This document shows, piece by piece, positions 38,351-46,761 of a stretch of 64,000 bases of DNA. The stretch lies in the IMG/VR virus record IMGVR_UViG_3300035156_000198, positions 9,513-73,512 of that record. The stretch is one strand, 5' to 3'. Numbering within the stretch: position 1 is the stretch's first letter; the number at the start of each line of letters is the position of its first letter. The notes below the pieces were generated by a model. That model did not search any database, was not told the DNA's origin, and saw nothing but the letters and a program-made list of their open reading frames with translations. Source of the stretch: a virus. The translations under genes and the position numbers were made by a program.

Positions 38351-38638
38351 ATGACCACCGCCACCGCCACCACCGCCGTCGCCGCCACGATTGAGCGCGA
38401 GATTCGCGCGGCCGCCTCGGGCATCATCGCCGCGGTCACCAACCGCCGCCACCACCCGACGTTCGGCTACACCAAGGCGAGCATCCGCACCCGCCTCGAC
38501 CAGCTCGACGGCATGGCGTTCCTGTACGGCGTGCTCACCGACCAGGGCCTGAACCCGCTGCCCGGCCTGGTGGAGTACGCCGACCCGGCCACCACCGAGC
38601 GCGTCGCCGCGGCCCGAGCTGCCGTCGCCGGCATGTGA
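38351..38638 (+). CDS. Hypothetical protein
   Basis: RBS GAAAGGG; 95 aa. Confidence 0.6.
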   Translation: MTTATATTAVAATIEREIRAAASGIIAAVTNRRHHPTFGYTKASIRTRLDQLDGMAFLYGVLTDQGLNPLPGLVEYADPATTERVAAARAAVAGM

Positions 38639-38650
38639 TCAGCTCGACCG

Positions 38651-38680
38651 AGGGCCCCGCCGACCCGGCGGGGGCCCTTC
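38651..38680 (+). terminator. Hairpin terminator
   Basis: agggccccgccg / cggcgggggccct followed by TTC. Confidence 0.55.
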
Positions 38681-38761
38681 GTCGTCGTAACGCAAGGTGC
38701 CCCCGTCGCCGCGGCCGATAGCCGCTGCTTGTGTGCGGCCACTGGGCGGACAGTGGCCCCC

Positions 38762-39325
38762 ATGCCCGCCGTCGAGGTCACCGAGAAGCACGTCGACCAG
38801 GTGACCGCCATCGCGCGCCGGGTCGGCGAGCTGCCCGCCTGCCGACTGGCCGGCGGGGTCGATGAAGCGATCTCCCAGGCCTACGTCGTGCTGTGGGACC
38901 TCGCCCTGAGCTGGGACCCCGACCGTGGTGTCCCGTTCGAGGTCTACGTGTCCATGCACACCCGGCACCGGCTGCTGGACTGGGTGCGCCGCGAGGTCGG
39001 CCGCGCCGGCACCCCCCGGTTGAAGATCATCGCCGAGTCGGCGTGGTTCGAGGCCGTCGACCCCTACGACCCGGAGCGGGACATCGAGCTGGGCGCCGGC
39101 CCGGAGATGACCGCGTTCGCCCGCGAGACTCTCGCCGAGGTCGTCGGCGCCGCGAACGGCAACCTCTCGCGCCGGCAACGCGACGTACTGTTCGCCGAGC
39201 TGGAAGCCGCCGGCGGCATCGCCGAGGTCGCCGACGACTGGGGCATGTCGACGGCCACGGCGATGACTCACCGCTCCCAGGCCCGCCGGCGGCTACGTGA
39301 GGCCCTCACCCGCGGCCCACCCTGA
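38762..39325 (+). CDS. Phage-encoded sigma-70 family sigma factor (regions 2 and 4)
   Basis: DEAISQAYVVLWDLALSWDPDRGVPFEVYVSMHTRHRLLDWVRRE (region 2); LSRRQRDVL...IAEVADDWGMSTATAMTHRSQARRRLREAL (region 4). Start uncertain (38729 or 38762). Confidence 0.75.
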   Translation: MPAVEVTEKHVDQVTAIARRVGELPACRLAGGVDEAISQAYVVLWDLALSWDPDRGVPFEVYVSMHTRHRLLDWVRREVGRAGTPRLKIIAESAWFEAVDPYDPERDIELGAGPEMTAFARETLAEVVGAANGNLSRRQRDVLFAELEAAGGIAEVADDWGMSTATAMTHRSQARRRLREALTRGPP

Positions 39326-39338
39326 CCGGCGAAACGGT

Positions 39339-39355
39339 GTCAACGGAGCGTTGAC
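39339..39355. promoter_or_regulatory. GTCAA-N7-TTGAC palindromic operator, copy 4 of 5
   Basis: GTCAAcggagcgTTGAC between convergent genes. Confidence 0.55.
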
Positions 39356-39388
39356 AGCGGATCGGCGGTCACCGGTGAGCCCGGGCGA

Positions 39389-39634
39389 TCACCCGTCCGT
39401 GACCGGTGAGGCCGTAGGAGGGGCGATAGACGAACGTGCAACCATCGCCGCGTGCCGGGCCTGATGCTCGGCCAGCGCGATGTCGTCGGGCTTGGCGTTC
39501 CAGTCATCGAGGAACGCGCGCAACACCTCCGAGAGCCCGTCGGCGATGCGCAACCGCTGCGCCTTGTCGATGGCCGGCGACCATAGGTAGCCCTCCGCGC
39601 GGAACTGGCGGTGCCTGGTGCCGGTCTGACTCAT
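39389..39634 (-). CDS. Putative ribbon-helix-helix DNA-binding protein
   Basis: TRHRQFRAEGYLWSPAIDKA...LSEVLRAFLDDW (beta-helix-helix pattern). Confidence 0.55.
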   Translation of the reverse strand: MSQTGTRHRQFRAEGYLWSPAIDKAQRLRIADGLSEVLRAFLDDWNAKPDDIALAEHQARHAAMVARSSIAPPTASPVTDG

Positions 39635-42027
39635 GGCCGGAATCCTCCCATGATCGTGTCGTCGGCGGCGGCTGCACGAGTCACGACGATGGGATGGTCG
39701 GTGGCGGCGTCGACCTGGCGGCTGTCATCGACCACCGTCCTCGAGAAACGGGTGCCCGGCGAGCCGGTGATCCAGTCGATACCGCGGTACGCCCAGCTGG
39801 TCGCCGACACCATGCCGGCAGCTCGGGCGCGGCGGCCGAACTCGGCCTTCTCGTTCATGTCGCCGACCAGGTACACCGGGTCGCCGTAGCCGGCGAGCTG
39901 ACGCACCGCCCGGAGCTCGATGGCCAGGGCCTCACGCCGCCACCGGTCCTGGTTCCCTCGGTGGGTTTTGCTCGACGGGTTGTGCACCGAGAGGAACCAC
40001 GACGCCCGGCCTGCCCGGTCGACCAGCCGCACCGCCGGCATGTCGCGGCCGTGCCCACCGAAGTACGGCACCCGCACCAGCCTGGTCGCCACCCCGTCGG
40101 CGAGGGTGAACGCCGCCCGTCGCCACGCGACCTGATTGTCACCGCTCCCCCACCTGGCGAACGCGCCGCCGGTGAGCTTGTCGAACGCCCGCACCTGGCG
40201 GCCTTGCGCTTCCTGCAGGCCGATCACGTCGACCCGGTGCCGGGCGATCACGTCGACGGCGTGCACGATGCGCCGGTCAGCTGACGCCGCGCCGGTGTGC
40301 GAGGCGCCGCGAATGTTGAAGGTGGCCAGGGCGAACGAGTCGCCGCCGGCGATGGTCGACCACGACGCCGGCAACGTGCCGACGCTGCTGGCGCGGCCGA
40401 CCTTGCGGGCGAGCCACCTGGTCGGGTCCACCCCGTCGGCGTAGATGCTGCCGTTGCGCGGGTGAACCTCGAAGTGCAGATGGCACCCGGTGGCGTTCCC
40501 CTCGGCGCCGACCTCGCCGAGCTGCTGCCCGGCGCGCACCGTCTGCCCGTCGGTCACGTCGAGGGCTTGCATGTGGGCGTACCACGTGGTCAGCGACGCC
40601 GGCCCTGTCTCGACCTTCACCAGCCACCGGCCCGCCCAGCTCGCCGACGTGTCGACCCGCACGGTGCCGGCCGTGGCGGCGACCACCGGGGTGCCGCATG
40701 ACGCCGAGAAGTCGGTGCCGGTGTGCTCACGTGCCCACCGTGACCCCGACCGGCCGTAGTTGCGTCGGTCGGTGGCAGCCACCGGCGCGACCACCGAGAG
40801 CGACCCGCCGCTGCTGCAGCTGGGCGCCGGCGCCGCGGCGCGCGGCGCCTGGTCGTGGAAGTCGATGTGCACGTGGTCGTAGTGCGGTGACCCGCCGGGC
40901 GGCACGTCGTAGTCGTGCAGGCCGCGGCCGCGGTTGAAGATCCGCATGCTGTAGATCACGTTGTCGGCGCCGCTGGTGGTGTAGCCCGGCCCCGCGAAGT
41001 AGTCGAAGATGGCGCGGCCCTGGTCGGCGTCGGTGGGGAACACGTCGATGGCGAGCCCGTCGGCATGCTTGGACCGGCGGCCGGTGCTGCCGATGTTCCG
41101 GTCGGCGTACCCGTCGATGCGCACGTCGCCCCAACGTGACCGCACCAGGTCAGCGGCGGCGGCCGCCACAGGCCGGAGGCCGTTCGGTGTCGAGCTGGTC
41201 GCCGACGCCGGGGTGACGGTGCCGGCGGGGTCGCCGGCGACGGTGAGCCGGTCGATGGCTGCGCGGGCCTCGGCTAGATGCGCCCGGTAGTCACCGTTGC
41301 GCCATGTCGTCCACGGGTCCCAACCCTCGGCGGTCCAGAGCTTGTGCGCGGCGGCCGCGTTGTCGCCCAGGTCGTCCCACCTGGTGCCAGGTGGGAACAG
41401 GCCGGCGTGCATCGGCAGCATCATCTGCATCAGGCCCGACGCGCCGGATGGGTTGCGGGCCCGACGCTTGTAGCGGGACTCCGCGCCGCCGATGGCCAGG
41501 GCGGTCACCGCGTCATCGCCGGCCCACCCGGCCCGGAGGATGGCGCGAGCTGCCGGGTCGATGCCGTCGGCGTCGGCGGCAGCTGCAGCGGGCAAGACCG
41601 TGGTCGGGCACGGGTCGCACGCGCCGGCCGGCAGCACACCAGGCGCCGGGTCGGGCTCGGGCTCGACCGGTGCGGCGGCACCCTTCGCTGCAGCGGTGAA
41701 CACCCCGACCAGGCGGCCGGCCTCGCGGTAGCCGTCGTTCACCGCGCGGGTCACCCCGGCCACCGACGGCGGCCCAGCCTCAAGGTCACGGAACACCGCG
41801 CCGGCCTTCGCCGCGACACCGGTGGCGCCGCCGGCCGGCTTCCCGTCGGGTGCAGCCTGAGACACCCCGCCGGCGCTGCAGCTGATGAACGGCACCCCGT
41901 CGAGGTCGCCGTCGTAGAACTGCGGCAGCACCATCAGCAGCATCCCGCCGGCGATGAGCAGCCGAGCCCACATCGGTGTGCTGGTCTTGCGCACCACGAT
42001 GGTGCGCGTCACCACCCGGTCAGGCAT
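39631..42027 (-). CDS. Membrane-anchored multidomain wall hydrolase: SLT + M15-like + M23 + EEP domain
   Basis: N-terminal TM; AIGGAESRY...GASGLMQM (SLT); SKHADGLAID...HYDHVHID; HTGTDF, WYAHM, HLHFEV (M23); TFNIRG, IGLQE, GDMNE, IDWI, TDHPIV (EEP). Start placed at 42027. Confidence 0.82.
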   Translation of the reverse strand: MPDRVVTRTIVVRKTSTPMWARLLIAGGMLLMVLPQFYDGDLDGVPFISCSAGGVSQAAPDGKPAGGATGVAAKAGAVFRDLEAGPPSVAGVTRAVNDGYREAGRLVGVFTAAAKGAAAPVEPEPDPAPGVLPAGACDPCPTTVLPAAAAADADGIDPAARAILRAGWAGDDAVTALAIGGAESRYKRRARNPSGASGLMQMMLPMHAGLFPPGTRWDDLGDNAAAAHKLWTAEGWDPWTTWRNGDYRAHLAEARAAIDRLTVAGDPAGTVTPASATSSTPNGLRPVAAAAADLVRSRWGDVRIDGYADRNIGSTGRRSKHADGLAIDVFPTDADQGRAIFDYFAGPGYTTSGADNVIYSMRIFNRGRGLHDYDVPPGGSPHYDHVHIDFHDQAPRAAAPAPSCSSGGSLSVVAPVAATDRRNYGRSGSRWAREHTGTDFSASCGTPVVAATAGTVRVDTSASWAGRWLVKVETGPASLTTWYAHMQALDVTDGQTVRAGQQLGEVGAEGNATGCHLHFEVHPRNGSIYADGVDPTRWLARKVGRASSVGTLPASWSTIAGGDSFALATFNIRGASHTGAASADRRIVHAVDVIARHRVDVIGLQEAQGRQVRAFDKLTGGAFARWGSGDNQVAWRRAAFTLADGVATRLVRVPYFGGHGRDMPAVRLVDRAGRASWFLSVHNPSSKTHRGNQDRWRREALAIELRAVRQLAGYGDPVYLVGDMNEKAEFGRRARAAGMVSATSWAYRGIDWITGSPGTRFSRTVVDDSRQVDAATDHPIVVTRAAAADDTIMGGFRP

Positions 42028-43852
42028 CGAGCTTCTCGCGGGACTCCTCGGCCTCGGCCTGCCGGCGGCGGCGAGCTGCCGGCAGCTCGATGCGCCGGTG
42101 GGCGTTGCGGCCGTTGTGGACCTTGTTGTAGATCGGGTTCTCCGTCTCGATGGCCCGCTTCTCGGCGGCCTCGGCGAGCTTGCGGGTGTCGAACCATTCG
42201 ACGGTGCGCTGCACGTCGCCCTCCATGAACTCGCGGAGCGCGGCGGTGTGCTGGGACTCGCGGCGCAGAATGTCGAAGCTGATGCCGATGTAGCCCGGCC
42301 GGTCGACCTCGGGGTTCGCGTCGGCGTGGAACCAGCGGTACAGGGCGGTGCGCCTCGGCGCGGTGTCACGCACGGCCCGCTCGGAGCGGGCGTCGGTGGC
42401 TTCCTGGTGTGCGCGCTCGACGTTGCGCGGCAGCTCGCCGCGGGCGATGAGCTTCACTTCGGCGTCGGTGACCTCCGCGGCCCGGAACTTCGCCGGCCGG
42501 CGCTCACCCTCGGCGTCTGACCAGCCGACGCCGGGCTCCTGGACCTCTGAGCACAGGGCGCCCTTGGATTCGGCGTACCCGCCGAGCACCGCGTCGGTGG
42601 TCTGCGGCGCGTCGGTCGCCACGCAAATGCGCTGCGGGATGAACGACCTGACCCGGCCGAGCACGTCGAGCTGGGCGGCCTGAGTGTTCATCCACACCAC
42701 GTACCAAGCCGCGGCGCCCATGTAGGCGATGCGGCCCAGCGGGCTGTCCTGGCCCTTGGTCAAGATGGCCTGGAGCGCGACGGTCTCATCGAGCAGCACC
42801 ACCACGAGCGGGTACTTCTCCGAGGCCTTCTCGAGCTTGCGCACCCCGTCGAGCTTCATGTGATGCTTGCGGGCCTTCATCGCCTTCTCGGCGTGGCCGA
42901 TCATCTCGATGGTGGCCGCCACCGTCGGCGCGTACTCCCGAACCGTGATGAGCCGGTGCAGCGGCAGGACGTTGCCCTTGGCCGCCTCGGCCTCACGCAT
43001 CGCCCGCTCGAACTCCTGCAGCTCCAACCCTTCCTTGGGGTCGCTGACGTAAATCTCGACGGGCAACCCCTGCCGGATGCAATCGGCGAGCAGGGCCCAG
43101 CAGATGTTCGACTTCCCCATGCGGGTCAGGCCGCCGATCAGCACCGACTGGTTCGCGATGATGGTGGCCGGTGTGCCGTCCTGCCTGATGCCGTAGGCCA
43201 GGCGCGTGTCGCCCCTGGACCCGAGCGACGCCGGCGGCATGGCGGCCAGCGGCAGCACCCGTCCGATCGGGTCACGGAAGTGGAACGCGAACCTCCCGAC
43301 GCCCGAGCCCGTCGGCGTGACGGTGACCTCGGCGCACCCGATGACTTCCTTCAGGAACTCGGTCTTGGCCTGGAACTTGAATACCGGGACGCCGACCTCG
43401 CCGCACCTGACCTCGGCCGTGAATGACCCGTGGCCGTTCCCTCGCAACCGGCGCAACGCGGGAGGGCCGGTCCGCTTGGCTGTCAGCTCGGCCGCCTCGC
43501 ATGCCAGCGGCCACTGAGCCCGGATCACGTGCTTCTGCTGGGCGTCTTCCCATAGCTCCCGCGGGGTGGGCGCGGCGCCTTCGGCGCCGCGACACCGCCA
43601 CGCTACCCATGCTGTCAACCCCATGACCACCAGAACCGCGGCCCGGATGACCGCCCCCTGAAAGCCGAACCGGCTCCACGCCCACAGGAACGCGACCGTC
43701 ACCGCGGTCACCCGGTAGTGACGGATGCACCACCGGGCCAGGCGGCCGGTGTGGTACATCCCGAACGGCATCGGGAACTCATCTACCAGGCGTGTGCCCG
43801 AGCCGAAGGTTCGGTGCCTGATGTTCCTCACGGTGTCAGGTCGACGGGACAT
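42020..43852 (-). CDS. FtsK/SpoIIIE (TraB-like) DNA translocase fused to a GIY-YIG nuclease domain
   Basis: N-terminal TM segments; Walker A VLIGGLTRMGKSN; Walker B VVLLDET; FIPQRIC; C-terminal TALYRWF...GYIGIS...RRESQH...AEAAEKRAIETENPIYN. Confidence 0.82.
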   Translation of the reverse strand: MSRRPDTVRNIRHRTFGSGTRLVDEFPMPFGMYHTGRLARWCIRHYRVTAVTVAFLWAWSRFGFQGAVIRAAVLVVMGLTAWVAWRCRGAEGAAPTPRELWEDAQQKHVIRAQWPLACEAAELTAKRTGPPALRRLRGNGHGSFTAEVRCGEVGVPVFKFQAKTEFLKEVIGCAEVTVTPTGSGVGRFAFHFRDPIGRVLPLAAMPPASLGSRGDTRLAYGIRQDGTPATIIANQSVLIGGLTRMGKSNICWALLADCIRQGLPVEIYVSDPKEGLELQEFERAMREAEAAKGNVLPLHRLITVREYAPTVAATIEMIGHAEKAMKARKHHMKLDGVRKLEKASEKYPLVVVLLDETVALQAILTKGQDSPLGRIAYMGAAAWYVVWMNTQAAQLDVLGRVRSFIPQRICVATDAPQTTDAVLGGYAESKGALCSEVQEPGVGWSDAEGERRPAKFRAAEVTDAEVKLIARGELPRNVERAHQEATDARSERAVRDTAPRRTALYRWFHADANPEVDRPGYIGISFDILRRESQHTAALREFMEGDVQRTVEWFDTRKLAEAAEKRAIETENPIYNKVHNGRNAHRRIELPAARRRRQAEAEESREKLDA

Positions 43853-43918
43853 GCGCGCTCACCTTCGGGGCTGGGACGGTCGGGTGGGGGGTGTGGGGGG
43901 AGGGGTCGAGCCGGCCGG

Positions 43919-44050
43919 TCATCGCTGGCAGCCGTGGCCCCATGCGCACAGGTAGCGGCGCCGGAAGATGCCTTGCACGGTGTTCGTGGTGCGGCGCTTG
44001 CACGCCCAGCAGTAGCCGCGGCGGGTGCGCTTGGTGGTGGTAGTGGCCAT
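43919..44050 (-). CDS. 43-aa Zn-ribbon peptide
   Basis: YCWACKRRT...YLCAWGH. Confidence 0.5.
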   Translation of the reverse strand: MATTTTKRTRRGYCWACKRRTTNTVQGIFRRRYLCAWGHGCQR

Positions 44051-44055
44051 GCCGG

Positions 44056-44433
44056 TCAGGCCCAGCCGCCGAGGCTGTAGGTGGGCGCCTTCTTCTTCGC
44101 CGGTGCGCGCTTGGCGGCCGGCTTCCTGGTGGTCGGCTTCCTGGCGGCGGGCGGCTTCTTGCCCTTGCGGGCCCGGTCGGCGGCGATGCGCGCGGCGTGG
44201 GCCTTGGTGACGGTGCCCTTCGGTGTGCGGCACGGCTGGTAGGGCCGAGCGTGGCACGTGGTGCACCGGTTGGGTCGGCGGCTGTCAAGCCCGAGCTTGA
44301 ACGCCTTGCCGCCGGCTCGGGCCTTGCGTGCGCCGGCGCGGGCCTTGCGTGCGCCCTTGGCTGCGCCGAACAGCGGCGAGGTCACCAGGCCGCGTTTCCC
44401 GAACAGGGTGAACGTCTGGCCCTTGCGTGCCAT
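44056..44433 (-). CDS. Basic protein with zinc finger and K/A/P-rich tail
   Basis: CTTCHARPYQPCRT...AHAARI; KKPPAARKPTTRKPAAKRAPAKK. Confidence 0.65.
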   Translation of the reverse strand: MARKGQTFTLFGKRGLVTSPLFGAAKGARKARAGARKARAGGKAFKLGLDSRRPNRCTTCHARPYQPCRTPKGTVTKAHAARIAADRARKGKKPPAARKPTTRKPAAKRAPAKKKAPTYSLGGWA

Positions 44434-44762
44434 CAGCGGCCGCCGGCGATCACGCCGCCGCGGGGTGCGGCCTGGCGCTGCTGGCTCCGGGGTGCCGGCC
44501 TGGCCGCCGCCCCCCGGTTGGAGCCGCCGCCTCGGTTGGCGGTCGGCTTCTGCGCCATGCCGCTGCGGTCGGCGGCGGTGCGGGCTGCCTGGAACCCGCT
44601 GGTGGCCTCATCGAACCCGCCGAGCACGGCGCCGGCGGTGATGCCGATGGTGCCCATGCTGTTCCCTGCGATCCTGGCGGCCGCCGGGGCCCCCGCGACG
44701 AGGCCGACGGCGGCCACGATCCCGAGTAGCCACGTGACGACGACCGCTGCTGCGTGCTGCAT
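44433..44762 (-). CDS. Small membrane protein (Spd-like position)
   Basis: Hydrophobic N-terminus; first gene of the FtsK operon; RBS GGGAG. Confidence 0.6.
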   Translation of the reverse strand: MQHAAAVVVTWLLGIVAAVGLVAGAPAAARIAGNSMGTIGITAGAVLGGFDEATSGFQAARTAADRSGMAQKPTANRGGGSNRGAAARPAPRSQQRQAAPRGGVIAGGR

Positions 44763-44796
44763 TCGCGTCTCCCTGGAGTGGTGTCGAGCGCACGGG

Positions 44797-44886
44797 CTGT
44801 CCGTACGCCTGTCCGCACGGTAGCACCGGTCTAGGCCACCTGTCCGTGGGTCGATGGTTGCGGGGGCTGGACAAAGGGGCTACGTT
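44797..44886. promoter_or_regulatory. Divergent control region: CTGTCCG direct repeats, CGGTCTAGGCCA box, TTGCGG-N17-TACGTT promoter
   Basis: Repeats at 44797, 44809 and 44840; box at 44827-44838; -35 at 44858, -10 at 44881. Confidence 0.55.
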
Positions 44887-44935
44887 TGGGCACCATGAGG
44901 CACCAGGAGCAACCAACAGGCATCAGGAGGAACCA

Positions 44936-45181
44936 GTGACGGCCACAGATGACACGCCCGACGCCGGCGGCGATGGCGCCATGATGACCAGCACCCAAGC
45001 CGCCGAGCAGCTCGGCGTGTCGGTGATGACGCTGCGCCGGTACGTCGAGGCCGGCGAGCTGCGCGCGTCACGCATCGGCCCGAAGAAGCTGATCCGCATC
45101 CGGCCGGCCGACCTGGCCGCCTACGTCGAGGCGAACCAGACCCCGACACCGGCCGCGCCGGCCTCGCCGGCCTCGGCCTGA
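44936..45181 (+). CDS. Excisionase-like (MerR-type) HTH protein
   Basis: MMTSTQAAEQLGVSVMTLRRYVEAGELRASRIGPKKLIRIRPADL; AGGAGG RBS before the GTG at 44936. Confidence 0.85.
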   Translation: MTATDDTPDAGGDGAMMTSTQAAEQLGVSVMTLRRYVEAGELRASRIGPKKLIRIRPADLAAYVEANQTPTPAAPASPASA

Positions 45182-45223
45182 CCCCCGTCGACCACGACCA
45201 CCACCACCCGCGAAGAGGCGACG

Positions 45224-45679
45224 ATGACCACCACGAGCACCACCACCCGCGGCCTGTTCGGCCTCGGCATGTACCCACACACCCACCAGCTGAAAGCCGT
45301 GCCGGTGCCCGCCGACGCGACGCTGACGTTCGACTCGGCGAGCCCGTGGGAGTACCGGATCACCACGACCGCCGCACCGGGCCGCGTGTGGCCCGCCGAG
45401 CGGTCACTGATGAAAGCCGCCCTGGCCGCCACCGGTCGAGCGTGGGGCGCCGGCGACGTGCGCATGGCTTGCATGCCCGGCTCGGCGCACGTGTGGATGC
45501 GGCTGGCCACCGACCCCGGCCGCCCCGATGAGGCCACCGACGGCTACCTGACGATCAAGCGTGCCGCGGTCGTGGCGTTCATCCAGGCGGTCGACGCGCT
45601 GCACGGCACCACCCCGGTGTACGACGTGGGTCCCGACATCGAGCAGCTGCGCGACACCGCCTCGGCGGGTGCGCGATGA
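45224..45679 (+). CDS. SsgA-like (SALP) cell division/sporulation protein
   Basis: Matches the SALP pattern: ATLTFDSASPWEYRI...VWPAERSLMKAAL...GAGDVRM...VWMRL...IKRAAVVAFIQAVDAL. Confidence 0.65.
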   Translation: MTTTSTTTRGLFGLGMYPHTHQLKAVPVPADATLTFDSASPWEYRITTTAAPGRVWPAERSLMKAALAATGRAWGAGDVRMACMPGSAHVWMRLATDPGRPDEATDGYLTIKRAAVVAFIQAVDALHGTTPVYDVGPDIEQLRDTASAGAR

Positions 45680-46761
45680 CCGACGACGTGCTGACCGAGC
45701 CGCTGCCGCTGGGCCCGGAGTTCGAGCCGCCGACCGAGGTCACCCGGCGCATCAGCGACGCCGCCGTCGAGGTCGTCACCGCCGAGTACCGCACCGATGC
45801 GTGGTACGCCGCCCGGCGGGCGTCGGTGTCAGCGTCGGAGGTCGCCGCCATCTGCAACGTGCCGGGCGCCTACGACTCGGCGTTCAACCTGTGGTGGTCC
45901 AAGCGCACCGGCGAGGGCGGCAGCGACGACACCAAGGAAACCCGCCGCGGCCGCCGCGTCGAGCCGTTGGTGCTGGAGGACTTCGCCGACGACTACCCGG
46001 GCCTGACGTTGCGGTCGGGGCTGGGCCTGGTGCGCAACGTCGACCAGCCGTGGATGGTCGCCACCCCCGACGCCATCGCCTACGACGGGTTCACCGGCGG
46101 CCGTCGAGCCGGCGAGGGGTACGCCGTCGGCGCCGACGACTGGGCGGCGAGCCTCGACCCGGTGGCGACCATCGAGGCCAAGACCGCCGGCGGCCCCGAG
46201 GGTTGGGGCGAGCGCGGCACCGACGCGATCCCGGTGCACTACCGAGCACAGGCCCTCTGGCAGATGGCCGTGCTCGGTGTCGACCTGGCCTACGTGCCGG
46301 TGTGGATCGGGTTCGACTATCGGCTGTACGTCATCGAGCGCGACACCGACGCCCAGCTGGACATCGAGTGGATGGCCGAGCGGGCCGCGGCGTTCCTCGA
46401 CACCCTCGACGCTGGCCTGCCGCCCGACCTCGACGGGCACGACGCGACGACGCGCCGGCTGCGGCAGCTGCACGAGAAGCTAGACGACACCACCGCCGAG
46501 CTGGACCCGCACGTGGTCGCCCAGTTCCAGGCCGCCCGCCGGTTGCGCGACGCGGCCAGCGACCGCATGGACCTGGCCCTGAACCGGATGCGCGCCGACC
46601 TCGGCCGCGCCGCCATCGGCAACGTCGGCGGCCGCAAGGTGGTGTCCCGGTCGGTGTACGACGTGCCGGCCCGCACCCAAGAGGTCAAGGCGTTCACCGT
46701 CGACAAGCTCAACGTTTCCAAGCCCCGCACCACCACCACTAGGAAGAGGGTTCGCCCATGA
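45676..46761 (+). CDS. YqaJ-like viral recombinase exonuclease
   Basis: WYAARRASVSASEVAAI, WMVATPDA, IEAKT, YRAQALWQMAV. Confidence 0.9.
   Translation: MTDDVLTEPLPLGPEFEPPTEVTRRISDAAVEVVTAEYRTDAWYAARRASVSASEVAAICNVPGAYDSAFNLWWSKRTGEGGSDDTKETRRGRRVEPLVLEDFADDYPGLTLRSGLGLVRNVDQPWMVATPDAIAYDGFTGGRRAGEGYAVGADDWAASLDPVATIEAKTAGGPEGWGERGTDAIPVHYRAQALWQMAVLGVDLAYVPVWIGFDYRLYVIERDTDAQLDIEWMAERAAAFLDTLDAGLPPDLDGHDATTRRLRQLHEKLDDTTAELDPHVVAQFQAARRLRDAASDRMDLALNRMRADLGRAAIGNVGGRKVVSRSVYDVPARTQEVKAFTVDKLNVSKPRTTTTRKRVRP

Noticed and set aside
13533-39425. CCTCCTACGGCC motif as a third operator family
   Set aside because: Two copies (13533, 39408-39425) lie in coding ends that both read PPTA, so they may be coincidental; kept only as flank of the GTCAA sites.
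42028-42369. N-terminal extension of the 912-aa ORF
   Set aside because: It overlaps the FtsK-GIY-YIG gene in another frame and has low complexity. The ATG at 42027, followed by a TM segment, is the sensible start.
43836-43922. 28-aa ORF between the Zn-ribbon gene and FtsK
   Set aside because: It has an ATGA overlap but is Pro-rich, motif-free and overlaps the FtsK start; not enough support.
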